Assembly: GCF_964204645.1 (NCBI RefSeq)
Contig: NC_134034.1
Location: forward strand, 10,862,962-10,926,961
Direction: 5' to 3'
From: Tubulanus polymorphus
Taxonomy: Eukaryota; Animalia; Nemertea
DNA: 64,000 bases
Each line of letters begins with the position of its first letter. The stretch's first letter is position 1. The notes beneath the pieces were generated by a model that saw only the letters and a list, made by a program, of their open reading frames with translations, made no database searches and was not told the DNA's origin. This document shows positions 1-13,391 of the stretch, in pieces. A program made the translations under genes and the position numbers.

Positions 1-74
1 AACGATCATAAAATAAATCGGGTTGAGAACCGAGCGCGACGACTACAGGATTTCGAAGCAGACGGATTACGTAC

Positions 75-3000
75 CCTCCTAGTTTAGCGTACCAAGCGCG
101 ATCGTAACATAAAGCGCACATTTTCTCCGACAGATAATCGAACAACGGTAGTTTACACGCCTGAAATGATTACGATTAAACAAAAAACGCTACTCGCAAG
201 TCTGATCGTTTGACTGGTTTGTTGTTTGATCGGAAATATATGCGATGTATTCTCTCAGCGTAGAAGATTACGAATAATCCCACGTAATGATGATAATAAA
301 ATTGGGCAGCCACTTTTATTTGACTTTCCCCCCCCCCCGACTATTCCCTGTCACGCACGTAGTTTCCCTGACTTGATCTGCTAAGAATCCGATCAATTAA
401 CGCAATCAAATACGTAAGACATTGACGGAAACTGTTTCATTTTACACTCAAACAAATTTCCATGACTTTTCCCTGAAATACTATTCCATGATATTCAAAC
501 TATTCCATGTTGTTTCCCCTGACTATTCCCTGAAATGCAAGTTGTTTTCCCTGACTTGATCTGCTAAGAATCGAATCAATTAACACAGCCAAATACACGT
601 AAGACACAGACAGAACCTGTTTGATTTTACACAAGATCTAACGATCTCAACAAATTTCCCTCGCTTATTTAAAGAAAAGAAAATTCTCAGACTTTTTCCT
701 GATTTCCAGGTAAGTGGCCACATTGTAAAAGTTTATTTTTCACACTGTCTCAAGATTTTCTCGAGATTTATCTAAATCTCATCTTCAGTCTGAATTTCAT
801 TACTAGCGATATCGTTCATTAGGATTGGCGAGCGAGTACCTTCTCCTTGGAGCCGAGTATCGTCGTCGCGATATCGAGTATGAGTACCATCGCTAGATTA
901 CCCGGTTTACACAACTCTTTCTCCTCGTGACCCATTATAACGGCGAGCGCGTCGATCAACACCTGCGGATCCATTCCTGTTAGTTTCGATTGTTTATCCA
1001 TTACCGGAAACGGACCTGAAATTACGAAATAAATTGAAGAACGAGCTTCGCATTCAGGTCAAATTTTTGGTTTAGTTTCACGGCATCTTGGCAATGAGGT
1101 CCACAATTAAGTATCATCAGCTTAACCAATTTCATAAAACCAGGAGAAGATTGAAAATTTGGTCAGTTATCACTACGGTTACACGTACCGGCTTGTTGAG
1201 CGATGGCGACCATCGTGTAATGACGAACCATCGAAGCCATAGTCGGCAGAACGGCCGGTCGTAATTCTCTGATAGCGGCGGCAACTGTCAATAAATCAAT
1301 CAAACGTTTATAACGATTTGAGGAATTAAGGGATCTGGAAGAGCGGGTAAAGCCCACAAAGCACGGAAACAGGGGATAGAAACAAGAGTGTTTTCATATG
1401 TCATGTGTGTTTACGAGAAAACATGGTCTCGGGAAACAATGTTTCCCAGTTCAAACCTGTTTCCTTCAGTGTTCCCTACGTCGTGCCCGTTTACGAGAAA
1501 CATGATTTCGGGAAACAATGTGCCTGAAATCAAACACGCTCGATTCCATGATCCTGTTTCCTTGCGTGGCGTGTGTTGGGTTCTTACACCTGTTCTTCGA
1601 GAAGTGTCTACTCACCGAACATGGCGGTTAACGCTTGTTCATGTACGTTACGCGTGTGCGAATCCTGATTCTTAAACAACAATCCGCAATAAACTGACGA
1701 TTCTACATCGGCAAAACTATAAAACAATAAATAGTTATTATAGGGTATAATATATCCTATAATATATCCTATAATATATATATTATAGGGTATACTATAT
1801 GGGGTATATTATAGGATATCGTATAGGGTATATTATAGGGTATATTATAGGGTATATTATAGGATATATTATACCCTATAATATACCCTATAATATAGTG
1901 ATGATGAATCATTCGAGTTTAGTGAATTATGGTAGTGGCAGACGTTTGTAACTCATAGTGGAGGAGGTTAGCTTGTTTAGGGCGGGATAGGTGGTCAAGG
2001 GGGAAAAGTTTTGTTAGCAGGTGAGAGCGGTTGAGGGGGGAGGAGGGGGGATACCCGGTTATTCTTACCTCGTGTGACTGAATAAATGAGTAATCGATTG
2101 TTTCTCGTCGTCCAACGACATCGCCGACACCAGAAAACATTTTATAATCTCCCACGCCTGTTTACGATAGAACGGTTCCGTGCTGCTCGACTTCAAAGCG
2201 TTCAACGCGGCTTCGATCACCTGTTCGTAACAAACGGACAAATTCAATAAGATATCTCGATTTGAATCGCAAATTAAACAGTCCGTATTATTGCGTCTTT
2301 TACGTACCTTTTCGACGGGGAAATTGATCGGTGTTTTACAATCCTGGAAGTAAACGGTCAGACACGGTCCGACCGTCTCTTTATCGTTGAAATTCAACTA
2401 AAAATAGTAATAGAGAAATATTGAATCAATTTTGTAATAGGGGGATTTATGGAGTTAACCATCTTGTTCGCAAGATGGTAGGTCAATTTGATGATGTCAT
2501 AGGGGGATTTATGGAGGTAACCATCTTGTTCGCAAGAAGGTAGGTCAATTTGATGATGTCATAGGGGGATTTATGGAGGTAACCATCTTGTTCGCAAGAT
2601 GGTAGGTCAATTTGATGATGTCATAGGGGGTTCATGGAGGTAGCCATCGTTTTCTGATCAAAGGTAAGTCAATTTGATGAAGTTAGGGGATTTATGGAGA
2701 AAGCCATCTATTTTGGAAGGGTAGGTGAATATGATAATGTCATAGGGGGATTTATGGAGGCAGACTTCTTTTCTGAAGTGTCTACATATCAAATCACTAG
2801 AAGACAATTTGATAATGTCATAGGGTGACTTGTTGAGGCGGACACCTTTCTTCAAGAAACTTTTCGAAGGTTCTACCGATTTTACCTTCTGAGGTTCGGC
2901 GAGCATTTTCCGATTGCCGCCGCCGAATTTGCCTAAAACGCGGAACGCTACGTGCGCGATGCTATCAGACGGATTTCTCAACGTTCTCCACAACGCCTGC

Positions 3001-6000
3001 ATCAGTTCGGCTCGAACCGGCTGTATGTGATCGTACAGGAAATCCGGTTGCAGATTATCGACGCACAGTTCAAGAGTTCGTAATCCCTGAAAAATAGAAT
3101 TTGTCAGAGGTTGAATTTCAGAGACCAATCGAGCTATCACAACAGAAACACAAAATGGCAGATGCCCAAAAACAAAATGAAAATGGGTCTACTGAAAACG
3201 GAATATATGCTTTTTAGCGAACAGGAACCAGGGCGCCAACGAGTGAATCGATGAAATCTTTTCAATTTTCATATTTTTCAATCAGTGACAAATAACCAGG
3301 TAAAATATCTACGTAATTCCACAACACCCAGCCGTACAGATCGCAGTTCCACAGACGTTGTCGAACTTCGATTCTTAGAGTTAAAACGGTACATTTTCAA
3401 GCAGTTTTATCCGAAATTAGATCCACTGGTGGATGTAGAACTACCGTAGAACAGCGGAACTGGGTCCATTTCATAAACGGTGTAAACGTCACGTACCTGA
3501 CTGACGAGCGTCTGCGAACCGTTTAACGCCGATACAAGCGGGTCCATCAACATCGGTAGATACGGTAACAGCGAACTCAAACGAACCGGAACCGTTAAAC
3601 ACAACTCGACGAATAGGTCTTTCATATGCTGTTTATGAAGACCGGATTGGAGATTGTTCAAACCTGAAATATTACAGATAGCCACTACTGAAATCTGCAT
3701 CTCTAAAACTAAAGTTTCAATTTAATTCAAATTCATGAGTTCTTTCCAGGATACTTTTCCTTCAAGATGCACTAAACTGGAAACTTTTCCCACCAAGGGG
3801 CAGTTATGGCTTGGATTTAAGACCCGTCTCCAAGGCCACCTCCGTTTTTAAGTCCATCTAACAACTAAAGACAGTCTTAAGGTTTAAGACCACTTTTGGA
3901 CTAAGGTCACGACTGTAACTGGAACTAGCTTTCGATCTTAAATCTGAGCTTTACATCGTGGCTTTTGACTAAAATGGGCCAAAACTGATCTAAATTCTTA
4001 GTCTCTACTGTACAAGCACTTGGAGTCCTTTGTTTTGATGATGCGAGCCCTGTACAAGCCCTGGGTATCCTTTGAAATATTGTTTCGTAATTCTATCCCT
4101 TTAGTTAAATGGACAGAGACTGTTTCTAGATCAAAGTCTTGATGATGCGCGCCCTGCACGTCCTTTGAAATATTCTTTTACTCTTATCATCTAATAAGTT
4201 TATTTATTCTTTCACAGGGCAATCCCCCTATCAGGCAGAGCCCCTTGGGCTTGTCCTTCTTATTCATGTAGGTACCTATTTACTTAGGAAATGATATCTT
4301 AAGAAATTATGTTTACAATGTTGTACGTAAATCATAAGTAAATAAATCATTCATTGATCGCTGACCTTGTAGAAGATTTGGCAGCAGCGGTAGGAATTCC
4401 TGGTAGAGTTGATCGTGACTTCCTCCGCCGATCGAACGGAACAACGCCCGCAACAATAGGAAATAATTATACGGTTCCTTAGCGCTCAACGCCAACTCCA
4501 TCGACCGATTGACGATCAGGTGCAAGTGAGGCTACAATCGAAGAGCAGACGGACATCGTATTAGAAAAGAGCAGGACCCAGTTCCACAATTAGATTTGAC
4601 TCAAGAGTCAACTCACTGAAAATGAACTAACTTTAAATCTAACTCTAACTCACAACCGTGGGACCGGGACCTGATTCATTAGTAACACATTTAAAATGCG
4701 ATGAATATTCAAATCTGTCGAACTAACCTTCAACATTTGTTCGTTGTCCGCGGCGAATAACGAAACCGAACCGAAAACCAGTTTGAACAATTTCAAATAT
4801 AAATTCGACCAATCCATGTTAGCTGAAAAAATTTTAAGAATACCGCTACCAAATGTAACAGGGTTTTCAGTGGTGAGGCCAGGATAAAAAGAAGTACTAA
4901 GGAGGACTCTTTCGGCATTTTTAGCCCCAAAAAGAGGGACTTTTGGACTTGGAAAGAAGTACTTTCCAGTAAAATGAGGGTCCACAAGGGAGCATTTTTT
5001 CGCAATGCCTTTGCCGGAATACTAGTTTTGAAGACCAATCATACATTTCAGGGTAATTCCATAACACTTTCCTGTATATTCAATCTTACTGACAATTGAA
5101 TTTCCAGGTCTGAGTGAGAAAATACTTCAACAATCGAATTCGCGGAAAAATTGCGCACAAAAAGTACATAAAAATCAAATTTGGAAGGACTTTTTTATCA
5201 AGAGGAAGGACTTAGAGTCAAAAAGAAGGACAAAGATGATGTTTGTCCAAACTTTTTCCAAAGGATGGACTTGGAAGGACTTGGAAGGACCGCTGGAAAC
5301 CCTGCGTAATCTCGAATTCATCAAATTTAAAAAACGGGAGTTATCTCTTTCATTTTCAACTCACATCCCATTTCCTCGAGTCTCGCGAGTAAATATTCGA
5401 CTAAAATCGTCGCGAACGTCGGCGACGTCGTCAAATTCGCCAGGAACGAATTCGCCACGATCTGCAACGCGTAGTTGTTGTGGATACGTTCGACCATGTA
5501 TTCGATCGTTGTCGAGAATATCTCTTTGAACGTCAGCGGACTCATCATCGTAAACTGCACATGGAAAGATTAGGAAAAAGATTTACAAATTTTTCATCAG
5601 ATAGAAATTTCAGAAAATAAGGGTAGATCAACGCCGATTCTAAGCTTTTTGAATACTAGTGAATCCAGGATATCGCTTCGTGAGGGTCTATTTTCAAGGA
5701 AGGGGGTCTAAGTAGCCCAGCCCTCTATTTTTAGAGGTATAATTTCTTTATGATACTAATTATCATCCAAAAGAAACCAGGAAGTATTATCTCTCATTCA
5801 AATCTTTCTGGCAGAGGACAAATGGACCTTAGCATTGTTCAGGGAAGATAAGTTAGTACGTATAATCCTACACCCATTTTAAGTGCAATCCTAGGGCTAG
5901 TTCTATAGATTTGTATTAACTTTAACCTATAGCCTAATTCAATCAATTGAAAATGAATTGAGTTAGGCCTGAGGTAATGATAATACCAGTCTATCAAACT

Positions 6001-9000
6001 CACCCCTAAATTAGCCCCCCCCTCCACCTATACAAAATTTCAATACGCGCTCCTCATAAATTTTGTTCTAGATAAAACTTACAACTCCTGCAAAATGTTC
6101 CAAAACCTCTTTTTCTTCTTTCGTTCGAACGGTTTGAACTCTGAAAGTACAAAACAAACCTTCATTTTGAGCAGACGACTGATAGAATTGTGCTTTTTTA
6201 CACCGGACTGCGGTGTATAAATCGGTGATGACTTCGCCAGTACACCGCACTGCGGCGCTAACTCACACGGCAGGACGAACGAACGCCTGTCCGTTTGGTC
6301 CGGTGTTGATCGTGTAAATATCCAATGCTTGTAACGCGTAGCGGACCAAACGCACGAAAACGAGCGTCTCCTTCGACGTAAACTGTTTATTCGTGACCAT
6401 TGATAAATCTGAAAACAAATAAACAAAATGACGGATTATTCAATTGAACCAACAGAAACGTTGTTGTGGTTTCATTTGAATAAAATCAATGGCATTAAAT
6501 CCTTTTTGTTGGACTTTTCCATCTATCAGAAGATTTTTTTCAGTCTTCAGCCAGTTACACAGTTCTAGGTTCAGATTTTAATCTTGAGTTGAATCATTTG
6601 AAATTTGAAAAAATCTTAACTTCGGAGTTAAACTGAACAGAAATGGCGTAAATGGATCCAGATTTTTTAATGTTCCATCTTTTAATGTTCCAATAGAATT
6701 ACTTTTATTTGGGGAGATTCTAGACTCTATAATTCTATTAATTCTACTAATTCTATCTAGACTCAATAACTGTCTTGGAAATAATCCCGGCAATAGTGTC
6801 TGAATGGAATCACTTGTTGTAAGAAACTGGTAGCAAGTATTGTTAGTGAATAGAGACATCAAACCTGACTGGTCACTAGTCACCACACATGACTGGTCAC
6901 CATAGATGAGCGGTCACCACATTGATCAGACAAACTTACAAAGTATGTCAGTCACCTAGAGCTCAGTGGTCTAGTGGTTAGGAGGGAGGACTGACAGGCT
7001 AGAGGCCCAGGTTCAAATCCCGCCATGGCTCGGTTATAGGGTGGCCTAGGGTAAGGGTTATTTCCAGGGCTGGGAGGGCTATAGAAGGTGCGACCTTAAG
7101 AAGCATATTTATTCTAAATATTTTTATATTCATTTTTTTCTTTTTTTTAAATTGTCTTGAACATTCTGCTGGCTCATTTGCCTGCAGTGTCTTCCTCTGC
7201 AGAGATATGTCATATCTCCATGAAAAGATGATGAATGAGGGAGATTTCATGGAGCCATCCTTTCAACCGAGGGTCTATTGATTGCTAAGGGAGTGGACGC
7301 ACACATTTAAATAAATAAACAGGACTTGAAGCAAATGCGGAAACATAGGAGGGGAAAGTATGGGTTTGGGGGTATATTCCAAACAATAATAAACCGTAAT
7401 GACAGGTAAACCGGGTCCTCGAGTTTGAGCCCGTAGACGTCGGGGCTCGTGTACCCGCACTCGTTCGCACGTACCGACAGACGGAGATTTACAGGAAGCC
7501 GCGCCCCACGTGATCGTTTTAACGCCGCACACGAGGGTTTTCACTAAACCGCGGCAGTCAGCGACGGAGAAATTCGGCTGAGCTCCGATCGTCGCGCCGA
7601 TACGATTCTGAAAATATAAAACCACACAAGACGGATCAGGATCAGTAAATATGAAGAAGGTGGCAACATTTTTTTTCGGGTAAATTTTCTAAATTCTACC
7701 TTTTCTTTCTGTTCGGATTCTTTATCGATCGTGAAAACGGTCGCCGTCGTCGTTTTGTTTTCGTCTTTTGAGGTGGCGCCACCGTTCAACGCATCGGTCG
7801 CGGTCGTCTCTTGACTCTTCGTGCCTCCGCCAGCGCTTGTAGTAGCGCCCCCTGTTGAACCGGCTTGTTGCGACCGCAGAGCCGCGGCAGCAGTCGTCGG
7901 CGCCGATTGTAACGACGTTTGAGACCCGCTCGACGTCGGACTCGACGACGTTTCCGGCTTTTCTTGAGGTTTGCTGAAATATTTACGACAAAATCCGATT
8001 AACCCTTTCAGTGCTGACTAATTAATACCCTAAAGTGCTGGAGATAATCCGAAAATTCTAAACAATTCCACCCTAGTGTGTTGAACAACGGGAATACCAC
8101 TATAGTGTGTCTACACCGCGGCGCGATGTATCGTTAGTTACTAGTATTTCACAATGTTTGACAGGTGCTGCCATTTTTCAAGAGAGATAATTACTAATTA
8201 CATCAATACACCGCAGTGCGGTGTACTAGCAACATCTATCACTGATTTATACACCGCACTGAAAGGGTTAAATTACGATCTGAATCTATTTTGATATCGA
8301 GACGAATTTCATGAGGTTTTTACGATCCCTGGTCCTTGTGCCACTCTGTGACTCATCACCAGCAAGAATCAGACACCAAAAAATTCAAATTCGCTGAATT
8401 TTCCCTGATTTCGAAGTAAGAATTCCCTGATTTCAAATAGAGTTTAAATAAACGCACCATTTCAACAGCACGGCCGGCAGCTGTAACTCGGCGATAGTTT
8501 TAAACTTCAAAACGAACACTTCCAACATCCTCATCAATAACTCGCGACCCTGAAAATAAACAGTACCGTAGTTAGGAACCCACACAAGTTCAGTTCCAAA
8601 TTTTCAATCTTCCAGGCTGGCAACTTATATTTCACTTGCTTTTTCCATGACTATTCCCAGCATTGATCTGCTTAGAATCTAATCAATTAACACAGTCAAA
8701 TACGTAAGACATAGATGGAAACTGTTTGATTCTACGCGCGATCTACCAGCAATCTTTACTAATTTCCCTAACTTTAAGCTGCAATTTTGCAATATTCTCT
8801 GAGACTTTTTAAAAGGAATATCTAGTCTTTTCCCTGATTTCCAGTAAGTGGGACCACCACTGATTTTACAATCGATCTAATTCAATCTCAACAAGTTTCC
8901 CTAACTTTTAGCAGCATTTTTACATTATTCTCTAACTTATCCCTGACTTTTTAAAAGGAATATCTAGACTTTTCCCCGATTTCCAGTAAGTGGCGCCACC

Positions 9001-12000
9001 ACTGATTTCACAACCGATCTAATTCAATCTCAACAAGTTTCCCTAACTTTTAGCAGCATTTTTACATTATTCTCTAACTTATCCCTGACTTTTTAAAAGG
9101 AATATCTAAACTTTTCCCCGATTTCCAGGCAAGTGGCGCCACAACTGATTTTACAACCGATCTAATTCAAAATTAGTAAACGCCGAACTCACATTTCCAT
9201 TTTCGGCGTCGCTTTTCTGTCGAATGCACTCGGTGAGATTGAGCAGCAGTTTACAGGACATCGTTTGTATACTGGACGGCAACGACTCGTCGTGCACGTT
9301 CTTCGAGAACAGATTCACGGCCAGCGACAGGTCGTTCAGCGGTAACGCCGTACGTACGTGGTGTACGAGATCGGCTAACGTACTGTACGCCAGGGGGCGC
9401 AGCGATTCGTACGTCGTCCAGCCCGGTCCGATCAGTATGTTCTCGTCAAATAGTTTATCGATCACCGGCACGAATTCTGAAATTTCGAGAAAAAAAAAAA
9501 GAAGATTCGGTTTATCTTGACATTTTCATGATACGTTCGTGAATTCTTATCCAAATTCCCTGAGTTTTTTTTCCCAATCTTTTCTAGATTTTTCTCATTC
9601 CCTGATCTTTCAAGGTTTTTGACGATTTATCGAACACCCTGAGTTTTCCCAACGTTTTCTAGATTTTTCTGATATCCAGGTTATCCGGGTCAGCGGCGCT
9701 GCCCTGTTTCCTAAATTTCTGAAGTAATTCCACTCACTATTTCTGAGATCCGTTACGAGGATATGCCGAGCGGCGATCAGCAGTTCTTTACGCAGGTGTG
9801 CCGCCTCCTGCGGACAAAGGGTTAACAATCCCAGCATGCCTTTAACCATCTGCTGAGAATGAGTATTCACATTTTCCTAGACCACGATAGAAAAACAACA
9901 GTTTCAAATTAATGAAAATTCGCGCCGATTTTAACCCCCTCTACCCGACTGAAACTCGAAGCACGCGTACCTGGTAAATACGTATGATATAAGCAAGGAA
10001 TGAAAGAGTTTTGATTTGAGCCGCGATAAAATCAACGAACACTTCTTTATTAAACGCCGGGTTCGCTCTGGAAATTAAAAAAAAAAAAAATTATTAACCC
10101 TCTCAGTGCTGACTTATCAATATCCTATAGTGCTGGAGATAATCTAAAAATTTTGGAAGATTCATCCCTAGTTTGTTGAATAATGGGAATACCACTATAG
10201 TGCGTCTGCACTGTGGTGGTGTGTATCGTTAGTTACTAATAGTTCACTATGTTTGACAGGTGCTGCCATCTTTCAAGAGAGATAATTACTAATCACATCA
10301 ATACACCACAGTGCTGTGTACTAGCAAAATCCGTCACCGATATATACACCGCACCGCAGTGTAGACGCACTGAAAGGGTTAAGGAAAATCAAGAATATTC
10401 TTTCAGGCTCCCTACAGATCAGTCATTCCTGTATATAAGGAGAACATTTCAGATTTCTGCGTCTGCATCAGTTTCATATCCCAATTACAAAAGACTCCTC
10501 CTAAATCTGAACTGTCTATCGTGGTAAACCGGTAATTCAGTGGTGCTATAAGCACATTTTTATGCTTTACGCTACTAAACTTCGATTCTAATTCAGTAAC
10601 CACCTAATTGGATAAAGAAAAGATCCCGGTGCCAGCTGACCTTAAACAACAAAAAATTTTCATTTCTGAAACATTGTTTAGAGTCTGAATTGTCAGGACC
10701 AGTGCTTAAAACATCCCTTTTCCCCGATTGTAAGAAACAGTCTCAAGTTCACTGATGATTAGATATTTTCATAAGATGGAAAGTAAATCGAATGAGAGAG
10801 TGTTCGTTTATACCTCTGTTGTGTCGTAGGTTGTAGAACGATAGTATTCATGATGAGAGGAATGAACTCAGCGACGTCGCTGTGCACGCTCTGTTTGTAC
10901 AACTGATACATCAGAACCACGATGATCGGCAACTCGGCCAAAACTTTCAGCGAGAATACCGCTTTCGGAATAACGTTATACTGAAATATGAACGCAATAG
11001 AATTCAGATTAGAACATACACGATTGATGTCGTGATGATGTCATAGGGGGATTTATGAAAGCGTATTTTCAATCGCTAGATAGTTCAATGATGTCATAGG
11101 GGGATTTATAGAACAGAACTGTTTTAAATCACTAGGCAATTCAATGATGTCTTAGGGGGATTTATGGAGTCAGCTATATTATTTATCACTAAGAAAATGA
11201 ATGATGTCATAGGGGGATTTATGGAGTCAGCTATATTATTTATCACTAAGAAAATGAATGATGTCATAGGGGGATTTATGGAGTCAGCTATATTATTTAT
11301 CACTAAGAAAATGGATGATGTCATAGGGGGATTTATAGAACAGAACTGTTTTCAATCACTAGGCAATTCAATGATGTCATAGGGGGAATTAACGGAGGAA
11401 ACCATGTTTTTCATAACGGTCTATTCATCCGTCTGCTCTGTGTTACTCACGGTTACGGGTTGATTATCCTGATTTTTTTTCTCCGTCGAAATCGTCGTCA
11501 CGGTGAATATCTCCTGCAACAATACGTCGACGTTCACCTCGGATATGTCCTTCACCTTCATCTGAGCGCGCGGCTCGAAGATTCGCGGCAGGTGATTCGG
11601 CAGCTCTTTATAGATGTTCTTCACGAACTGGAGAAAACTTTGAATCTGCGAAATTAAGACAAAAACTTTTTAAAATTGACTCCTACTCGTCCAGACTGTC
11701 TCAATTCTTAACTTCAGACAAAACGTTCTAAAATCGACTCCAAAGACTGTAAGAGGACTCCAATTTTTCCCGACCGTCTCAGGATTCAGACAGACGTACC
11801 TCACTGTTCATCTGCGGTCGGTAGTATTTATGTAATTCGATAATGATACGCAAACAAACCAAAACGTTGTCTTCGTTTTCAACCTTTAATACGAAAGTTC
11901 GAAAAAAAGAATTCAAACGATTTCAAAACGGGGAGTTTGTGTGTTTCAAATCGAATCGATTAAACCGTGTGTTTACCCCGAGAAGTTTAAACATTAAAGA

Positions 12001-13391
12001 CAGGATCTGTTTGACGTATGGTTTCAGATGATCGTTCGTTGGAATTCTGTGAATTATTTCCAGTAGAAGTTTACGCAATTGCTGTAAAAATATGAATCAG
12101 TTATAATTAGTTTCTAATGATACCCGACTTTCTGAGAGGCAACTGGCGCGACCTTTTAATGCCCGATTTTTAGAGGCGAGTGACAACCACTCAATAATCC
12201 ACTTTCAGAAGCGACCAGCGACCGAAACTGAAAACAAAACTTGCCATGTCATGATATTCAACCGAATAAGCCAATTGACAGCGGGTCAGTTGCACAGCCA
12301 TGGCTTAGATTTAAAACCACTTTAAGTCCATCTTTATTCTATAACCAATCTTACAACGCAAGATCAGTTTCAAGATTTAAAACCCTGAATTATCCATAAC
12401 AATATGATGATAAATTGTTGCTTCATTTCAATTTGAACTGAAATTTCTGATCTCGAGATTTAAGAACTTACACAAATCGAGCGAACCGGAAAGAAGCGTT
12501 TGTTTGTTTTCTGTAGGAAGTTTGCGCAGTGAACAGCCTTTAACTGATAAACTATTCAGCGGTACCTTCCATTTATACACCAGGGGGATGGTGGGTGTGA
12601 GAGAATAAACGCGCCGCGGTACAGAGGGGTGGAAGGAGGTGAACTTACGACTTGACTGTTCTGTTCGCTGATAAACTGCGGTTCCCCTTCTAGGAGAATT
12701 TTCAGGAAAACTCTCAACGCTTCCTGTAGGAATTGTGGGTAATGAGCTTGCGACGCGACTATCAACTGAACGTAGAAAAAACAGAAATGATGTCATAGGG
12801 GGAATTATGAACGCGCGGGTCGTCCGCAGTTCGAGATATTACTGACCTCAAAGTTTTCGCTTAGTTCCTGAGCGGCTTTCAATTTCTTCTCAATCACTGA
12901 ATATTCACACATGGAAAAGAGAAAAATTTCATTAAATCAAGATAAAAATTGAATTCATGTGAAAATCAACCCTTTCAGTGCGTCTACACTGCATTGCCGT
13001 GTATACAATGGTGATTGTATTCGTTAGTACATCGCATCACGAGGTATTGATGTTTACCAGTTTTCATCTCTTAAAAGATAGCAGCATCATGGCACTTGTC
13101 AAATATTAGTAACTAATGATACGCTGCACCGCAGTGTAGACGCACTAAAGCAGTATGCCCGTTATTCATAACACCGGGGTGGAAATCGTTTAAATCAATA
13201 GTCGGTATCAATTTGTCAGCACTGAAAAGGTTAATTATTCATTCTCTGTTTTTGACAATTTGTATACCAGGCCCAGTACCTTACCACAAAATACCGCCAC
13301 TGGGTGCGATGAGACCGATAAACTTACCGGTCGTGGAATCAGCTATCAAAGCCACGTAGGATTTGTACGTAGATATCTGAGTCGCCGCCAT
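75..13391 (-). CDS. TRRAP: Transformation/transcription domain-associated protein (PIKK pseudokinase scaffold of SAGA/TIP60); N-terminal HEAT-repeat part, gene continues beyond the left edge
   Basis: About 26 GT-AG exons (approx. 13328-13391, 12847-12897, 12650-12765, 11978-12082, 11800-11883, 11450-11646, 10813-10981, 9971-10068, 9738-9877, 9193-9477, 8458-8549, 7699-7973, 7474-7607, 6263-6408, 6082-6141, 5366-5553, 4728-4823, 4366-4531, 3497-3663, 2886-3087, 2308-2397, 2069-2220, 1615-1718, 1188-1284, 839-1015, 75-160). They encode near-invariant TRRAP peptides in colinear order: [137 protein letters not shown]. Start ATG 13391 ([15 protein letters not shown]) is inferred. Confidence 0.97.
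305..722. repeat. Dispersed TTCCCTGA-rich repeat with internal duplication; relatives at ~8615-9170 (including a ~139-bp tandem duplication) and ~32205-32450 (reverse)
   Basis: Shared TTGATCTGCT(A/T)AGAATC...ATCAATTAAC...AAATACGTAAGACA core. Confidence 0.65.
1738..1897. repeat. AT-rich quasi-palindromic minisatellite (TATATTATAGGG / CCCTATAATATA)
   Basis: 12-bp units in both orientations. Confidence 0.8.
2437..2830. repeat. ~61-bp intronic minisatellite with core GATGATGTCATAGGGGGATTTATGGA
   Basis: 6-7 units, degenerating toward one end. Confidence 0.85.
6961..7030 (+). mobile_element. tRNA-derived SINE head or tRNA pseudogene in a TRRAP intron
   Basis: A-box TGGTCTAGTGG (6967-6977) and B-box GGTTCAAATCC (7010-7020) at tRNA-like spacing; no convincing cloverleaf or poly-T terminator. 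Confidence 0.55.
8003..8267. mobile_element. Non-autonomous piggyBac-type MITE, copy 1
   Basis: TTAA|CCCTTTCAGTGC...GCACTGAAAGGG|TTAA: terminal inverted repeats with TTAA flanks. Confidence 0.85.
10098..10378. mobile_element. piggyBac-type MITE, copy 2
   Basis: TTAA|CCCTCTCAGTGC...GCACTGAAAGGG|TTAA; internal sequence as copy 1. Confidence 0.85.
11030..11400. repeat. ~57-bp intronic minisatellite sharing the GATGTCATAGGGGGATTTAT core
   Basis: ~7 units; single further core at 12787-12810. Confidence 0.85.
12970..13230. mobile_element. piggyBac-type MITE, copy 3 (opposite orientation, more diverged)
   Basis: TCAA|CCCTTTCAGTGCGTCTACAC...GCACTGAAAAGG|TTAA. Confidence 0.8.

Noticed and set aside
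6961-7030. Functional tRNA gene
   Set aside because: A and B boxes are present but acceptor and anticodon stems do not pair.
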